64,000 bases of DNA from contig CBDCYS010000078.1 in the NCBI GenBank assembly GCA_965224215.1, positions 4,884 to 68,883 on the forward strand, in the 5' to 3' direction. The notes below the pieces were generated by a model. It made no database searches and was not told the DNA's origin. It saw only the letters and a list, made by a program, of their open reading frames with translations. This document shows positions 10,886 through 21,525 of this stretch, piece after piece. The DNA is from Bryobacterales bacterium. GTDB lineage: Bacteria; Acidobacteriota; Terriglobia; Bryobacterales; UBA6623. The position numbers were made by a program, and so were the translations under genes. The number at the start of each line of letters is the position of its first letter. Position 1 is the stretch's first letter.

Positions 10886-12458
10886 CCTGAATTATGCACT
10901 GCGGCGTGGACCTGAGGAGGGCTGAGCCGCAAGAGACCATTTGGGACCCCCGAAAACATGGGGTAAAAAGGTAGGCTGGCAAAGATCCCAGCTTCGCCAG
11001 CCAACCCCAAGGAGGTCACCCACATGGTTACCAGACGAAAACAGCATAGCTCCCAAAGGCCCGTCCAACAAGACCCAGCCGTGACGGCCTCGCGGCCCAA
11101 TAAAATCGGGGCTTCGACGCCTTACCACTTCCGCGGCAGGAAGCCGACTCCCTACGGCGGCTTGCTGCCGGTGGTCGGGAGGGCGCTGATCTGAGAGCCT
11201 GGCTATGCGCTATGCATAAAATTTGGTGGGTATCCGGTTGACTCAGGTAGCCCCAAGATGTAGTATGCCGGCAGATGGAAGATTACCCTCAGAACCTGAC
11301 AGAATTCGAGTCCCGTTTTAGCAAGTGAGGAGGCCTGCCGGGAGTATCTGTTCCGGCTGCGCGGGCCGGACGGTTTCCGCTGTCCGGGTTGCGGTTGTGG
11401 AAAGTCGTGGCCTTTGCGAAAAGTGCTGCTGCAGTGCGCTGCGTGTGGGCGCCAAACCTCGGTGACCGCCGGGACCATCTTTCAGGACACGCGCAGCCCT
11501 TTGCCGTTGTGGTTTCGTGCGATGTGGTGGGTCACCACCCAAAAAACCGGAGCCAGCGCTTTGGGACTTCAAAGAGTGTTGGGGCTTCAACAGGTACGAA
11601 ACGGCTTGGACCTGGCTGCACAAAATGCGGCGCGCGATGGTGCGGCCGGGACGGGATTTGCTCGCCGGGACGGTGGAAGTCGATGAAAGCTACTGGGGCG
11701 GGCTCGAAGAGGGCCTGCGGGGCCGAAACCTGAAAAACAAAGCATTGATCGCAGTAGCCGCTCAAGAGGATGGGCGGGGTATCGGCCGGATTCGCATGAA
11801 GAGAATCGAGGATGCCTCGGGCGAGAGCCTGTTGCCTTTCGTGGAGGAGTGCATCGAGCCGGGCAGCGTGGTGCATACCGACGGCTGGCCCGGTTACTCC
11901 GGGTTGAAAAAGGAAGGCTACGTCCATCAGGTCACAGTTGTCAGCAGGCAGGAGCAGTCCGCGTCGGAATTGATGCCCCGCGTCCACCGCGTGATGTCAC
12001 TGCTCAAGCGCTGGCTGCTGGGCACCCATCAGGGCGCCGTGAGCCACAAACATCTGGACTACTACCTGGACGGAGTTCACCTTCCGTTTCAACCGCCGCA
12101 AATCCAGAAGCCGAGGCAAACTCTTCTATCGGCTCGTCCAAGCAGGCGGTAGCGGTGGATCCGACGACTTACAAGATGATTGTTCACCCGGTTACAGAAC
12201 CCAAGAAAATCCCCAAACCACAAGATATTGGGGCTACCTGAGTCAACCGGATACCCATCTAAAATTTTATGCACTAGCCGTAACGCACTGGAAACACGTC
12301 ACTTCCGAGCGAGGTTTTGACGACACGGATTCTGGGTGGGAAGGGAAACCGGACACGGAGAAGCCAAAAGGCCAGTTGCCGAGCTACCACCTCACGACGA
12401 CCGCCAACCCGCTACGAACGCAGCCACACTCGCAAAGTGAATCTGTGCATAATTCAGG
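10886..12458 (+). mobile_element. Internally deleted IS1380-family element (about 530-bp MITE) carrying an IS1595
   Basis: TIR CCTGAATTATGCAC at both ends and 5-bp TSD TATGA. Only about 50 N-terminal transposase codons are joined to the last few codons. Clearly diverged from the full IS1380 at 33706. Confidence 0.85.
11225..12259 (+). mobile_element. IS1595-family element with multiply frameshifted transposase
   Basis: TIR G(G/A)TGGGTATCCGGTTGACTCAGGTAGCCCC and 8-bp TSD TAAAATTT (11217-11224, 12260-12267). Zn-ribbon CPGC...CAAC, VEVDE and HTDG motifs lie in different frames (shifts near 11325, 11590, 12070). Confidence 0.88.
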
Positions 12459-14138
12459 TATGACATTCCTTTTCCGTTTGAAAAGCTGACGGCGCGCATC
12501 GAGTCCAGCTTCCACGAGGCGGCGGAGAAGCCAGTGCTGCGGAAGGTCCTGATTCCGATTGGCCGCTCCCTGCAGCGTTTTGCCAATAAGCCGGACTATT
12601 TTGGGTCCCCGCGCGTTGTCGTCGCGGCGGACACCGAGCCAGGGGTTAGGACCGGCGAGTTACAACTGCGCGTAAAAGACCGTCTTTTCCTCGGCTACCA
12701 GGTGCAGTCGGCGCTGATCGAGGTGATCAGCTACAACGAAGAAGCCGGGCGCTTCGAGTTCCAGATAGTCAGCGACTACGCCGAAGGTAGGCAGCCGCAA
12801 GTCGCCCAGGCGCCGCGGGAAGTGTGCATCGCTTGCCACCAAGGCCACGCACCGATCTTTCCGCGGCCGTTGTGGGACGAGACAAATGCAAACAAGGGCG
12901 TCCGGTCCCGCCTCGCCGAGCACGGAACCGAATTCTTCGGGGTCAAGTTTGATCAGGACGTCGATGTTCCTCAGCTTATTGACGACGCCACCGACCGCGC
13001 CAATCGCTTCTCTGCATACCAGCTCATATGGCGGCAGGGATGCGATGAATCACCGCAGTGCCGCGCTGATGCGCTGGTGGCGGCATTGCAATACCGGCTC
13101 AGCGGGTTTCAGCACGCGCAAGGCCCACACGCGGCGGCAAAGGGCCGGTTCTCCCAGGCGCTCTCGGCATCGTGGGAGCGACAGTGGCCCCAAGGATTGT
13201 GGATTCCGAATCCCGACATTCCCAATCGCGACCCGTTGGAGACTGCGCGGCGAACAAGCCAACGTGCCCGTAATTCGGAAGTCTTCAGGACGGCTGGGAC
13301 TGCCGAATTCGCTGAGCTGGTCGATGAGTCCTACGACGACGACGCGCTGGAGCCGCGGACTCCACGCGAGCCGCTGGAAGTTTGGAGTATCGAAGACGCT
13401 GGTTCCCAGTTCTACGACCAACTCATCGCTGGGTTCGGATCGTTTTTCACTCGTGACGATATCCGCGCCATCGACGGGCGACTGATCTCAGCAGGCTCGT
13501 GTGAACTGCGGGAATTCGAAGCTCCCTGTACGGCCGCAGTGACAAGGGAGGCCGATGGTTCGGTGCTTCGCTTCGAGTGCGCCGGGGAGAGGTTGGAGCT
13601 TGCGGCGTGGGGCCGGTTGGCTCCAAGCTCATCGTCCGGAAAGCTGAAAGATGGGGAAATTACGGGCCTTAGAGTGGCAGGCCATCCGCCCCTGACGTAT
13701 TTGCAAATCGCAGCAGCGAAGAGCGAGTCCTTGAGCCGAGGGTCCTTGAGCAATGATGAGTGCTATGTGGTTGCGCCAATGGAACGCTCAGCCGGACTCC
13801 ACGCGCGCCTGGCGGACGGACAGCGAGTGAGCGAAGTAAAGCTGTGTTGGCGGGCGGACGAGTTCACATCGGCGGGACAATTCAGCGCCACCGCCGGCGT
13901 GGCCGTCTGCGATGGCTTCGCCCTCATCCGGCAAGCTGTCGCCTCGATGGCGCTTGAAGAGTCCGATTCTCTATCGAACAAACCTCTGCGGCCAACGGGC
14001 CTGATGGCTGAACTAGCGGGCAGGCTCTAGACAGTGTTTCTAACCGCCTGACGGCGGCAATACGGCTTTGGCCTCGAACGCTCTTCGTCAGAATTGGGGA
14101 AATCTCAAATGTCTTTGGTTAACATTCGGGCCGTTGAA

Positions 14139-17100
14139 TTAGCGTCCACGGCGCGGCCTTGGCCGAATATTCTTGACGGGAACGGTCACGACGTTGCTGA
14201 TGAAGAGGCGCTGTGCAATGGTCAGCCGTGTTGCTGGATCATCGGGCAAGTCCTCGATCAGCTTCAGATTGATCTGGTAAACCCCAATTAGGCTTGGAGC
14301 CAAACCGACAAAACTCACCTGCGCGGTTTTGGCGCCTGCCAGCGATGAGACAAAATCGTCGGCAACGAAGGGAACCGTAAACAACGGAGAGTTCGGAGTG
14401 GTTTGGCCGGAGCCGAGACCCTCGCTGACGGCCAGCGGCGAGGTCAGCCCCAAGCCGGTGCCGTAGAAAATGAGGGTTTCTCCGGGAATCGCTGGGTTGT
14501 CTTCGGTCACCAGCGCAAACTCTTCGTTTCCGCAGCAGAGGTTGGTTGCGCTCGCTGTCAGCCGCACCGCCACGGTGTCGGAGGAATCGGTCGAATAGCC
14601 GATCTCATTTCCCTGCTGGCCCACTTCACGAGCTGTGAGAAAAACTACGGGCGGAGTGCGGCCATCTTCGAGAAAGTCTCCCTCGGTGCTCTTCTCAACC
14701 GTCATGGTGCTTGCGTCAGGGCTGATCGAGACGGAAAACGGAATGTCGTTACCGATGGCCCCTAGCGCGCGTGCGATCACCTGGAACTCCAGATCACCCG
14801 GCTGATCCACCCGCCTCAAGGTGACTTCAGGATCACCCCGGCCGGAATTGATTTCGAAGACCATCTTGTTACGGATGCTCCTCAAGCTGTCTGTCTCAAG
14901 GACAGTCACCGAGTAGCTGCGGTCCCGAATGAAGACCGTCAAGACGTCTCCCTCGCGAGGTTCGCCTTTGAGAGTAATCGATGCGCGAGAAGAGAAGAAA
15001 CCCACCACACCCGCGGCAGCGACCACGTCGGGATCCCCATCGCCGCTGTTGACCGCCTCGACAAGGCTATCCCGGATCGATTCGGGTCCTTGACTCGCTG
15101 TCGTGGTGGTTTTGTATTCACGGCCGTTCACGATGATTGTGAGCTCGACTCCCGCGGGAACCGGCTGATTCGAATCAGAAGCGTTCGCGGTGACAGCTAC
15201 CGTTGCCGTTGCCTTGCCCTGCCCATGCAATGCGACGGCCTGACGCGGCTCGGGGCCGGGATAGGCAAATATCCCTGGAGCCGCCCTGGTTATGTCGGCG
15301 GCTCGCGGCACGGATGTCTTAACCGTACCGTCCGGCAAGCGGCGCCAAATGTAGATGCTACAGCTCGTGCCTTCAGTCTCCCAGAGAAGCTGAAAGTTGA
15401 TCTGTGAAGGTGAGACGAGAGTCAGCGGGGCTCGCACGCCGTTGACGTAGACCCGCACGCCGCCCAGCTCAGTCGGAAGTTCTCCGCCGTCGAGTTGTGC
15501 GAAGTGATCACCCTCGGAGAAGTCCTTACCAAAGATCGAGGTCAGCGTCCCTTGTGGAAGCTCTCGCGCATCGCTGCCTCCGGTCAGGCGCCCGCCCGAG
15601 GTGCCGATATCGATCCCACCGGTGTTGGACTTCGACACGTTCAGTAGAATACCGTTACCCTCAACGCCCTCTTCTTTGGCAAACAGCAGGATGAATTGTT
15701 CGCGAGAACCCTCGGCCAAGGTCGGTCCTTCCGCTTCCGCCGTGAGCTCGGAGCCAGGCTCCAACTCAACCGAGTAAGGAATCGAATTTCCCTCTTCACC
15801 CACTTCAAGAGCCGTCATCAAGATTGTGTCGACATCATTGGGATCTCTCTCCGAGACAATCAGGGGGTCAGGTCCGCCCGATCCTTCTTTAATGAAGAAG
15901 TTGAACTGGTCGACAAGAAAAGTGACAGCGTCGCCCTCCCTGACCGTGGCCTTGTATTCGCGGGCTCCGACGCGTAACGTAACCACCTCGCCCGCGCGGT
16001 TCTGTCCGCCAAACTTGACCCTGCCCTCAGCATGGTCACCCTCGCCGATCGATGGCCGAACAGTCACCCTCGAATCGGGATCGTTGGCTATTTGCGCCAT
16101 GATGTCGTCCCGGATGACGCTGGCCGCATCGCCTTCTTCGGCCGTGTAAGAGTATCCCTTGACGTCGACTGAGACGGCGAGAACCTGACCCGCGGTAGCG
16201 TTGCGTTCGAACCTGGCGAACCCGAACGCGTTGATCGCGAAACTGGCGCTGTTGCGTATGCCGTCTTGTGCGATCTGGTCTTCGCCGGGTGTGAACACAA
16301 GTACACGACGGGCAAAAGGGTCGGCCACGTAGAGATTCGTGCCGTCGTGCGCTAGAGCCTGTGGTGCTCGGATGCTGCCGGCGCCGTCGGACTCGAGAAG
16401 TGTGTCAAAGTCCCTTTGGCCGACGACTACATCGGGGTGCGGGGCGTTTTCGGTCGGGATGTCGTTAAAGATCAGGATGCGGTCGTTACCGCCATCGGAG
16501 ATGAAAAGACTCTTGCCATCGGAAAGCGCGAAACGCGGGAAGCTCAACGTTCGGTCGCAGCGGATCGGAGGCAGAGGAGGAGGTATGTCGTCCGTTGGGT
16601 CGTCCGGCGTCTCGTCGGGGGGCGGCTCTTCCGGTTGGGGACACAACGCGGCCTGGTTGTTCGCGACCAGCGAATCCGATTCCATGTCAGGCTGGCCGAT
16701 CACGATATCAGCGGGCGCCGCGTTTGAGGTCGGAACACTATTGAAGATGAGAACGCGATTGAACCCCAAATCGGTAACGAACATCTTGCCATGGGTCACT
16801 GTAACCGAGACCGGGTCCAGCATCGATGTTGCCGAGGCGTCTACGTTGGACTGCGTCAAATCGGGTTCCGGCCGTGTGTCGAAGTCCGGCTGGCCGAGAA
16901 CCACATCGGCGGCGGCGCCGCTGCTGGCCGGAATCGAGTTGTAGATCAGTACGCGAGAGTTTTGCGTGTCGGCGACGAAGAACCGTCCGCCGTCAAACCA
17001 CACGCCCTGTGGTCCCCGCATGGTCGTACTGGAGGTTCCGGACGAGTTGCTGTCGGGCCCGTCTTGGCCGAGGACAACATCAGGCAGCGCGCCGTTCATA

Positions 17101-17618
17101 GTCGGGATCGTGTTCCACAGCAAGACGCGGTTGTTATTCGTGTCCGCTACAGCGATCCGAATGCCGTCGGTGGCCACGCCCGTGGGGTTCTGGAATCCCG
17201 CTATGACGCCGGGCACAAAGGAATCGAAATCCTGCTGGCCCAACACAACGTCCGGCAACCCTACACAGGCAGGGCACAGGCTGTTCTGCTCCAATTCGGC
17301 GTCGGGGCGCGGAATGACGCTGGAGATGTTGCGGTAGATCAGCACGCGATTGTTCACGGGCTGGGAGCCAACTCGGTTACCATCGGCGACCACCAGGATG
17401 TCTCCGCCATAAGCCACACCCGCCGCTCCGCCGAGGGTCTCGCGGCTGGAAATCGGAGCCTGCCGGGTAAAGCTGGGCTGGCCGATGACCAGCCGCGCGC
17501 CCTGCCGGTCGATCCACTGCGATTGTGCCTGCAGCGGGCCGCTGAGAGAACTCAACGCTACAAGGAAGAGCGGCCCGACCGTCGCCGCTAGGAAGTGATG
17601 TAGCCGGTACATTTGCAA
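14139..17618 (-). CDS. Secreted NHL-repeat beta-propeller protein with Solibacter-type (TIGR03437-like) C-terminal domain and repeated inserted domains
   Basis: Signal peptide; repeated DVVLGQxDF / VADTxNxRVLI units; GIRNSASF, ELGGVRVYVNGVRAPLTLVSPSQINFQ, NPAIPGETLIFYGTGLG, GLAPSLIGVYQIN. Confidence 0.8.
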   Translation of the reverse strand: MQMYRLHHFLAATVGPLFLVALSSLSGPLQAQSQWIDRQGARLVIGQPSFTRQAPISSRETLGGAAGVAYGGDILVVADGNRVGSQPVNNRVLIYRNISSVIPRPDAELEQNSLCPACVGLPDVVLGQQDFDSFVPGVIAGFQNPTGVATDGIRIAVADTNNNRVLLWNTIPTMNGALPDVVLGQDGPDSNSSGTSSTTMRGPQGVWFDGGRFFVADTQNSRVLIYNSIPASSGAAADVVLGQPDFDTRPEPDLTQSNVDASATSMLDPVSVTVTHGKMFVTDLGFNRVLIFNSVPTSNAAPADIVIGQPDMESDSLVANNQAALCPQPEEPPPDETPDDPTDDIPPPLPPIRCDRTLSFPRFALSDGKSLFISDGGNDRILIFNDIPTENAPHPDVVVGQRDFDTLLESDGAGSIRAPQALAHDGTNLYVADPFARRVLVFTPGEDQIAQDGIRNSASFAINAFGFARFERNATAGQVLAVSVDVKGYSYTAEEGDAASVIRDDIMAQIANDPDSRVTVRPSIGEGDHAEGRVKFGGQNRAGEVVTLRVGAREYKATVREGDAVTFLVDQFNFFIKEGSGGPDPLIVSERDPNDVDTILMTALEVGEEGNSIPYSVELEPGSELTAEAEGPTLAEGSREQFILLFAKEEGVEGNGILLNVSKSNTGGIDIGTSGGRLTGGSDARELPQGTLTSIFGKDFSEGDHFAQLDGGELPTELGGVRVYVNGVRAPLTLVSPSQINFQLLWETEGTSCSIYIWRRLPDGTVKTSVPRAADITRAAPGIFAYPGPEPRQAVALHGQGKATATVAVTANASDSNQPVPAGVELTIIVNGREYKTTTTASQGPESIRDSLVEAVNSGDGDPDVVAAAGVVGFFSSRASITLKGEPREGDVLTVFIRDRSYSVTVLETDSLRSIRNKMVFEINSGRGDPEVTLRRVDQPGDLEFQVIARALGAIGNDIPFSVSISPDASTMTVEKSTEGDFLEDGRTPPVVFLTAREVGQQGNEIGYSTDSSDTVAVRLTASATNLCCGNEEFALVTEDNPAIPGETLIFYGTGLGLTSPLAVSEGLGSGQTTPNSPLFTVPFVADDFVSSLAGAKTAQVSFVGLAPSLIGVYQINLKLIEDLPDDPATRLTIAQRLFISNVVTVPVKNIRPRPRRGR

Positions 17619-17622
17619 GAAC

Positions 17623-18411
17623 TCAAACTCCTCTTACTTGCCCGCCATCAATTGGAACGCTGGCGCCGGTGATGTAGCTGGCCTTCTGGGAGCAAAGGAA
17701 TGCCACCAAAGGTCCAAACTCCCGCGGCTGACCCACTCGTTGGAGGGGCACCTCGCGGGACATCCCGGCAATCACTTCGTCCGCGGACACACCCTGCTTC
17801 TCGGCCCGCAAGTTGGCCATGTTCAGAAGGCGGTCTGTCGCATGGGCTCCGGGGCAGACGTTGTTGAATAACACATTGTCGCCGCCATACTCGCGCACCA
17901 AGCTTTTCATCAGCCCCACGACCGATGCCCGGATGGCGTTGGACAGGATGAGGCTATCGATCGTCTGCTTCGTCGACACAGAGGTCACGGTGACGACGCG
18001 TCCCCAACGCTGTTTGCGCATGCCCGGTAAGACTTCGCGAATCATATGCAGCGTACTCAGGAAGGTCAACTCGAAGGCCTTGCGCCAGTCTTCGAGCGAA
18101 AAATCTTCAAACGTCCCTCCGGGCGGTCCCCCGGCATTGGTCACACAAATATCGACGTTCCCGAGGCTGTTGCGGGTTTCGTTCATGAACTTCGTGACGG
18201 CTTCAAAATCGGTTACGTCCAGCGCTTGCTCGACAACATTCACTCCAAAACGGTCACGGATACCCTGGGCCGCGACCCCGAGAGCTTCCTCACCCCGGGC
18301 GCACATGGCCAGGTTGACGCCTTCGGCTGCAAGCGCCTCCGCTACCGACAAGCCAAGTCCTTTGCTTGATGCCCCAACGAACGCGACCCGACCTTTGATA
18401 CCCAGATCCAT
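17623..18411 (-). CDS. Short-chain dehydrogenase/reductase (SDR, FabG-like)
   Basis: GASSKGLG, NAGGPP, SNAIR (atypical YxxxK position), SYITGASVPIDGG. Confidence 0.9.
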   Translation of the reverse strand: MDLGIKGRVAFVGASSKGLGLSVAEALAAEGVNLAMCARGEEALGVAAQGIRDRFGVNVVEQALDVTDFEAVTKFMNETRNSLGNVDICVTNAGGPPGGTFEDFSLEDWRKAFELTFLSTLHMIREVLPGMRKQRWGRVVTVTSVSTKQTIDSLILSNAIRASVVGLMKSLVREYGGDNVLFNNVCPGAHATDRLLNMANLRAEKQGVSADEVIAGMSREVPLQRVGQPREFGPLVAFLCSQKASYITGASVPIDGGQVRGV

Positions 18412-18530
18412 TGAAATTCTTGTCCACGAACGGAGATTTCCTATCTACGAAGTGGAAGCTCTAAGATACCGATACACAACCCGCGGGATTACCAGAAGGG
18501 GAAGACCCGTACTCTACTGAGTTTACTACG

Positions 18531-18893
18531 TTACGAGTTATCCGAAGGGGTTCTTAAATATGCATCATCGCCGCTGAGCCAGTCCGCGCGCACGGGCTGA
18601 AACAGGTCGAGGGCAACTGAATCTTCTAATGCCTCGACTCGATGCGGCTCATGAGACTCGATTTGCACCATATCGCCGGCGGAAACTACGATCTCACGAT
18701 CGTCGAAGGTGAATCGCATGCGCCCTTCGAGCAGATGAGTGACCTGTTCGTTCTCATGGCTGTGCCTGGGCACCACGGCGCCTTTTTTGCAATAGATACG
18801 GGCCATCGTCATGCGCTCGCTGTGAACCGCGCGGCGGCCAACAAGCTCGCTCATTGGCTCGAGTTCGATGTCATCCCATCGGTGAATCTTCAT
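18531..18893 (-). CDS. Cupin domain protein
   Basis: PRHSHENEQ...EPHRVEALEDS...DLFQPVRADW. Confidence 0.88.
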   Translation of the reverse strand: MKIHRWDDIELEPMSELVGRRAVHSERMTMARIYCKKGAVVPRHSHENEQVTHLLEGRMRFTFDDREIVVSAGDMVQIESHEPHRVEALEDSVALDLFQPVRADWLSGDDAYLRTPSDNS

Positions 18894-19100
18894 TTCTTTC
18901 GCCCCTCGGGCTCGTTGTTCGAGAAGGATTCTTCTTTCTGTTGCGCCGGACTCCTGTCAGCCTGCCCAGGAGCCCGAACACAAGCCCGTTCGTTTCAACA
19001 TTATAAAACCGTGCGCCGTAGAAGTCGAATGTGTCGTACCGGTTCACTTGCTTGCCCGTCGCTGGAAGCTGCCGGGCAGTGCGGTGACCGGCGAGTTATG

Positions 19101-19109
19101 TGCTAGAAT
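19101..19109 (+). promoter_or_regulatory. Possible extended -10 promoter for nfeD operon
   Basis: TGcTAGAAT 14 nt upstream of the ATG at 19124. Confidence 0.35.
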
Positions 19110-19123
19110 TCGGGTAGAAACAC

Positions 19124-20446
19124 ATGAAATTAAGCCACTTAGGCTCCTGGGTTCAGCGCGCGGTCGTTGTCTGCGTAGCGGCTGTGAGCTGTCAGGCACA
19201 AGCTGTTCGCGTTTTGCAGATTGACGTCGAACACGTCATTCATCCCCTCACCGTCGAAATCATTACACAAGGGTTGGAGCAGGCTCACCGGGAAAATGCC
19301 GCCGCGGTCGTGATTCGGCTCAACACGCCGGGGGGGCTGCTCAACGCAACGGAAACGATCATCCAGCAGATCGTTGCCTCTCCCGTACCGGTGATCACTT
19401 ACGTCGGACCCAGCGGCGGCAAGGCCGCATCGGCGGGGTTCATGATCTTAATTGCGGGTGACGTCGCCGCTATGGCCTCAGGCACGAATACCGGCGCCGC
19501 GCATCCCGTGATGCTTGGCGGAGGCGAGATGGACAAGGTGATGAGCCAGAAGGTGGAAAATGACGCTGCCGCCTCGGTTCGCGCCATTGCCGACAAGCGC
19601 GGCCGCAATATCGAGCTGGCGGAGCAGGCGGTCACCGAAAGTAAATCATTTACCGACACAGAGGCGCTCGAGTCCAACTTGATCGACGTTGTGGCAAACG
19701 ATATACCGGAGCTGTTGAATATGCTCGACGGTCGCTCCATCGTACGGTTCGACGGTTCCGAGAAGAACCTGGAGCTAGCCGGAGCCGTCATTGAGATCTA
19801 TGAGTTGACGAACCGCCAGCGTATCTTGCTGCCGCTGATCAATCCGCAGCTAGCTTTCGTGCTACTGATCCTGGGCGCGCTCGGGATCTACGTCGAGTTC
19901 ACTCACCCGGGACTCATCGCCCCGGGTGTGGCTGGGGCGATCCTGGTCATCGTGGGATTGATGGCGCTGTCGATGCTACCCATCAACTGGGCCGGAGCTG
20001 CGCTCATCGTTCTGGGAATTACTTGCTTCGTGCTGGAAGCGATGATGCCTACGGGCGGGATACTGGCTTTGGGCGGGGCCGTGTCGATGGTGCTTGGAAC
20101 TGTGATGCTGGTGGACACAGGCATTCCCGAGCTGTCGATCGGTTGGGGCACGGCCATTGCTGTTACCCTTCCATTTGCGCTGATCACCGTTTTCCTTTTG
20201 CGGCTTGCCGTGAAATCCTTCCGCTATAAGGTGGCGACCGGTTCGGAGTCCATGGTCGGCGAGATCGGCGTAGCGAAGACAGAAGTTGCGGCTGAAGGCA
20301 AAGTTTTCGTTCATGGTGAATGGTGGAACGCGAACTCGGATCAGCCGATTTCCATCGGAGAGAGGGTCCGGATTGTGGAGATAGATGGGCTCAATCTGAA
20401 AGTCGAGCAAGCGGCGCTCGAACAGCCTGCCGGGGTTGAAAGCTAG
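19124..20446 (+). CDS. nfeD: NfeD-family membrane-bound serine protease (ClpP class)
   Basis: [22 protein letters not shown], transmembrane bundle and C-terminal OB domain ([12 protein letters not shown]); lies upstream of a stomatin gene. Confidence 0.92.
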   Translation: MKLSHLGSWVQRAVVVCVAAVSCQAQAVRVLQIDVEHVIHPLTVEIITQGLEQAHRENAAAVVIRLNTPGGLLNATETIIQQIVASPVPVITYVGPSGGKAASAGFMILIAGDVAAMASGTNTGAAHPVMLGGGEMDKVMSQKVENDAAASVRAIADKRGRNIELAEQAVTESKSFTDTEALESNLIDVVANDIPELLNMLDGRSIVRFDGSEKNLELAGAVIEIYELTNRQRILLPLINPQLAFVLLILGALGIYVEFTHPGLIAPGVAGAILVIVGLMALSMLPINWAGAALIVLGITCFVLEAMMPTGGILALGGAVSMVLGTVMLVDTGIPELSIGWGTAIAVTLPFALITVFLLRLAVKSFRYKVATGSESMVGEIGVAKTEVAAEGKVFVHGEWWNANSDQPISIGERVRIVEIDGLNLKVEQAALEQPAGVES

Positions 20447-20546
20447 CGCGCTCGGCAGGGAAAACGGAGCACCGCTGATCGGCTCAACAGGTTTGCCGGG
20501 TCGAACGGAAAACGGAACAACCTACGAACAAAAAAGGAAAACTATC

Positions 20547-21383
20547 ATGTTCAACTTTAGCTGGCTGATTATCGTCATCGTCGTCCTCTATATCGTCAAT
20601 TGCATCAAGATCTTGCCGGAATACGAACGGGGTGTCGTTTTTCGGCTGGGGCGGCTGCTCCCAGAACCCAAAGGACCGGGGCTCGTCCTCGTCTTTGCGC
20701 CGATCGACAAAATTGTTCGCGTGTCGCTTCGAGTCGAAACCATGGAGGTGCCCTCCCAGGACGTTGTGACCAAAGACAACGTAACGGTGAAGGTGAGCGC
20801 GGTTGTCTTCTTTCGAGTTCTCGATCCAAGGCGGGCCATCGTCGAAGTTGCCCATTTCGTGCACGCCACTTCGCAACTCGCTCAGACCAGGCTGCGATCG
20901 GTACTCGGCGAAGCGGATCTCGACGAACTGCTCAGCCAGCGCGAAAAGCTCAATGCGCGGTTGCAAGAAACGCTCGACACTCACACCGAACAATGGGGAA
21001 TCAAAGTGCAAGCCGTCGAGGTCAAGCACGTCGACTTGCCAGAGCAAATGATCCGGGCCATTGCCCGCCAGGCCGAAGCCGAGCGCGAGCGGCGCGCCAA
21101 GGTTATTCACGCCGCCGGCGAGTTGCAGGCTTCCTCGAAGCTCGCCGAGGCCGCCGCCATGCTGTCGACCGAGCCTACGTCCATCACTCTTCGCTACCTG
21201 CAAACGTTGACCGAGATCGGCACCGAGAAGAATACAACGGTCGTATTCCCGCTTCCAATCGATCTCTTTGGTGGTCTCTCCAAATGGGCCAAGGGGACTG
21301 GGGGCGATGAACCCGACAGTCCGGCTACGGCTGCTCCCGCTGCCGAGTCATCGTCCGGCGAAACGCCAAAGCTTGAGACATAG
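20547..21383 (+). CDS. Stomatin/slipin SPFH-domain protein
   Basis: [51 protein letters not shown]. Confidence 0.92.
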   Translation: MFNFSWLIIVIVVLYIVNCIKILPEYERGVVFRLGRLLPEPKGPGLVLVFAPIDKIVRVSLRVETMEVPSQDVVTKDNVTVKVSAVVFFRVLDPRRAIVEVAHFVHATSQLAQTRLRSVLGEADLDELLSQREKLNARLQETLDTHTEQWGIKVQAVEVKHVDLPEQMIRAIARQAEAERERRAKVIHAAGELQASSKLAEAAAMLSTEPTSITLRYLQTLTEIGTEKNTTVVFPLPIDLFGGLSKWAKGTGGDEPDSPATAAPAAESSSGETPKLET

Positions 21384-21525
21384 CCGGCATTTCTCGCCGA
21401 TTGACAGCCGAAGCGCGTGGTGAGTGCTTAGCCCGCCATTACTTCGTTGCGCCTTCTAGCCGTGCTCGACCGAGTGTCCAGCACGCGCTGTGATTGAAGA
21501 AGGGTCATCTCAGCATTCACAGCTC

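Larger units (their letters stand above)
10674..14030 (+). pseudogene. Secreted hypothetical protein with one CxxCH motif, split by nested IS insertion
   Basis: The N-terminus MVRRILIALVCC...GEVVYD (10674-10885) rejoins in frame with YDIPFPFEK...VLIPIGRSLQR...CIACH...(12459-14030) across a TATGA target duplication. The restored ORF is about 592 aa. Confidence 0.85.

Noticed and set aside
14139-17618. Prophage or contractile injection system, from sheath-like motifs in the NHL protein
   Set aside because: No tube, baseplate, terminase or capsid genes nearby; the protein has a signal peptide and typical acidobacterial terminal domains.
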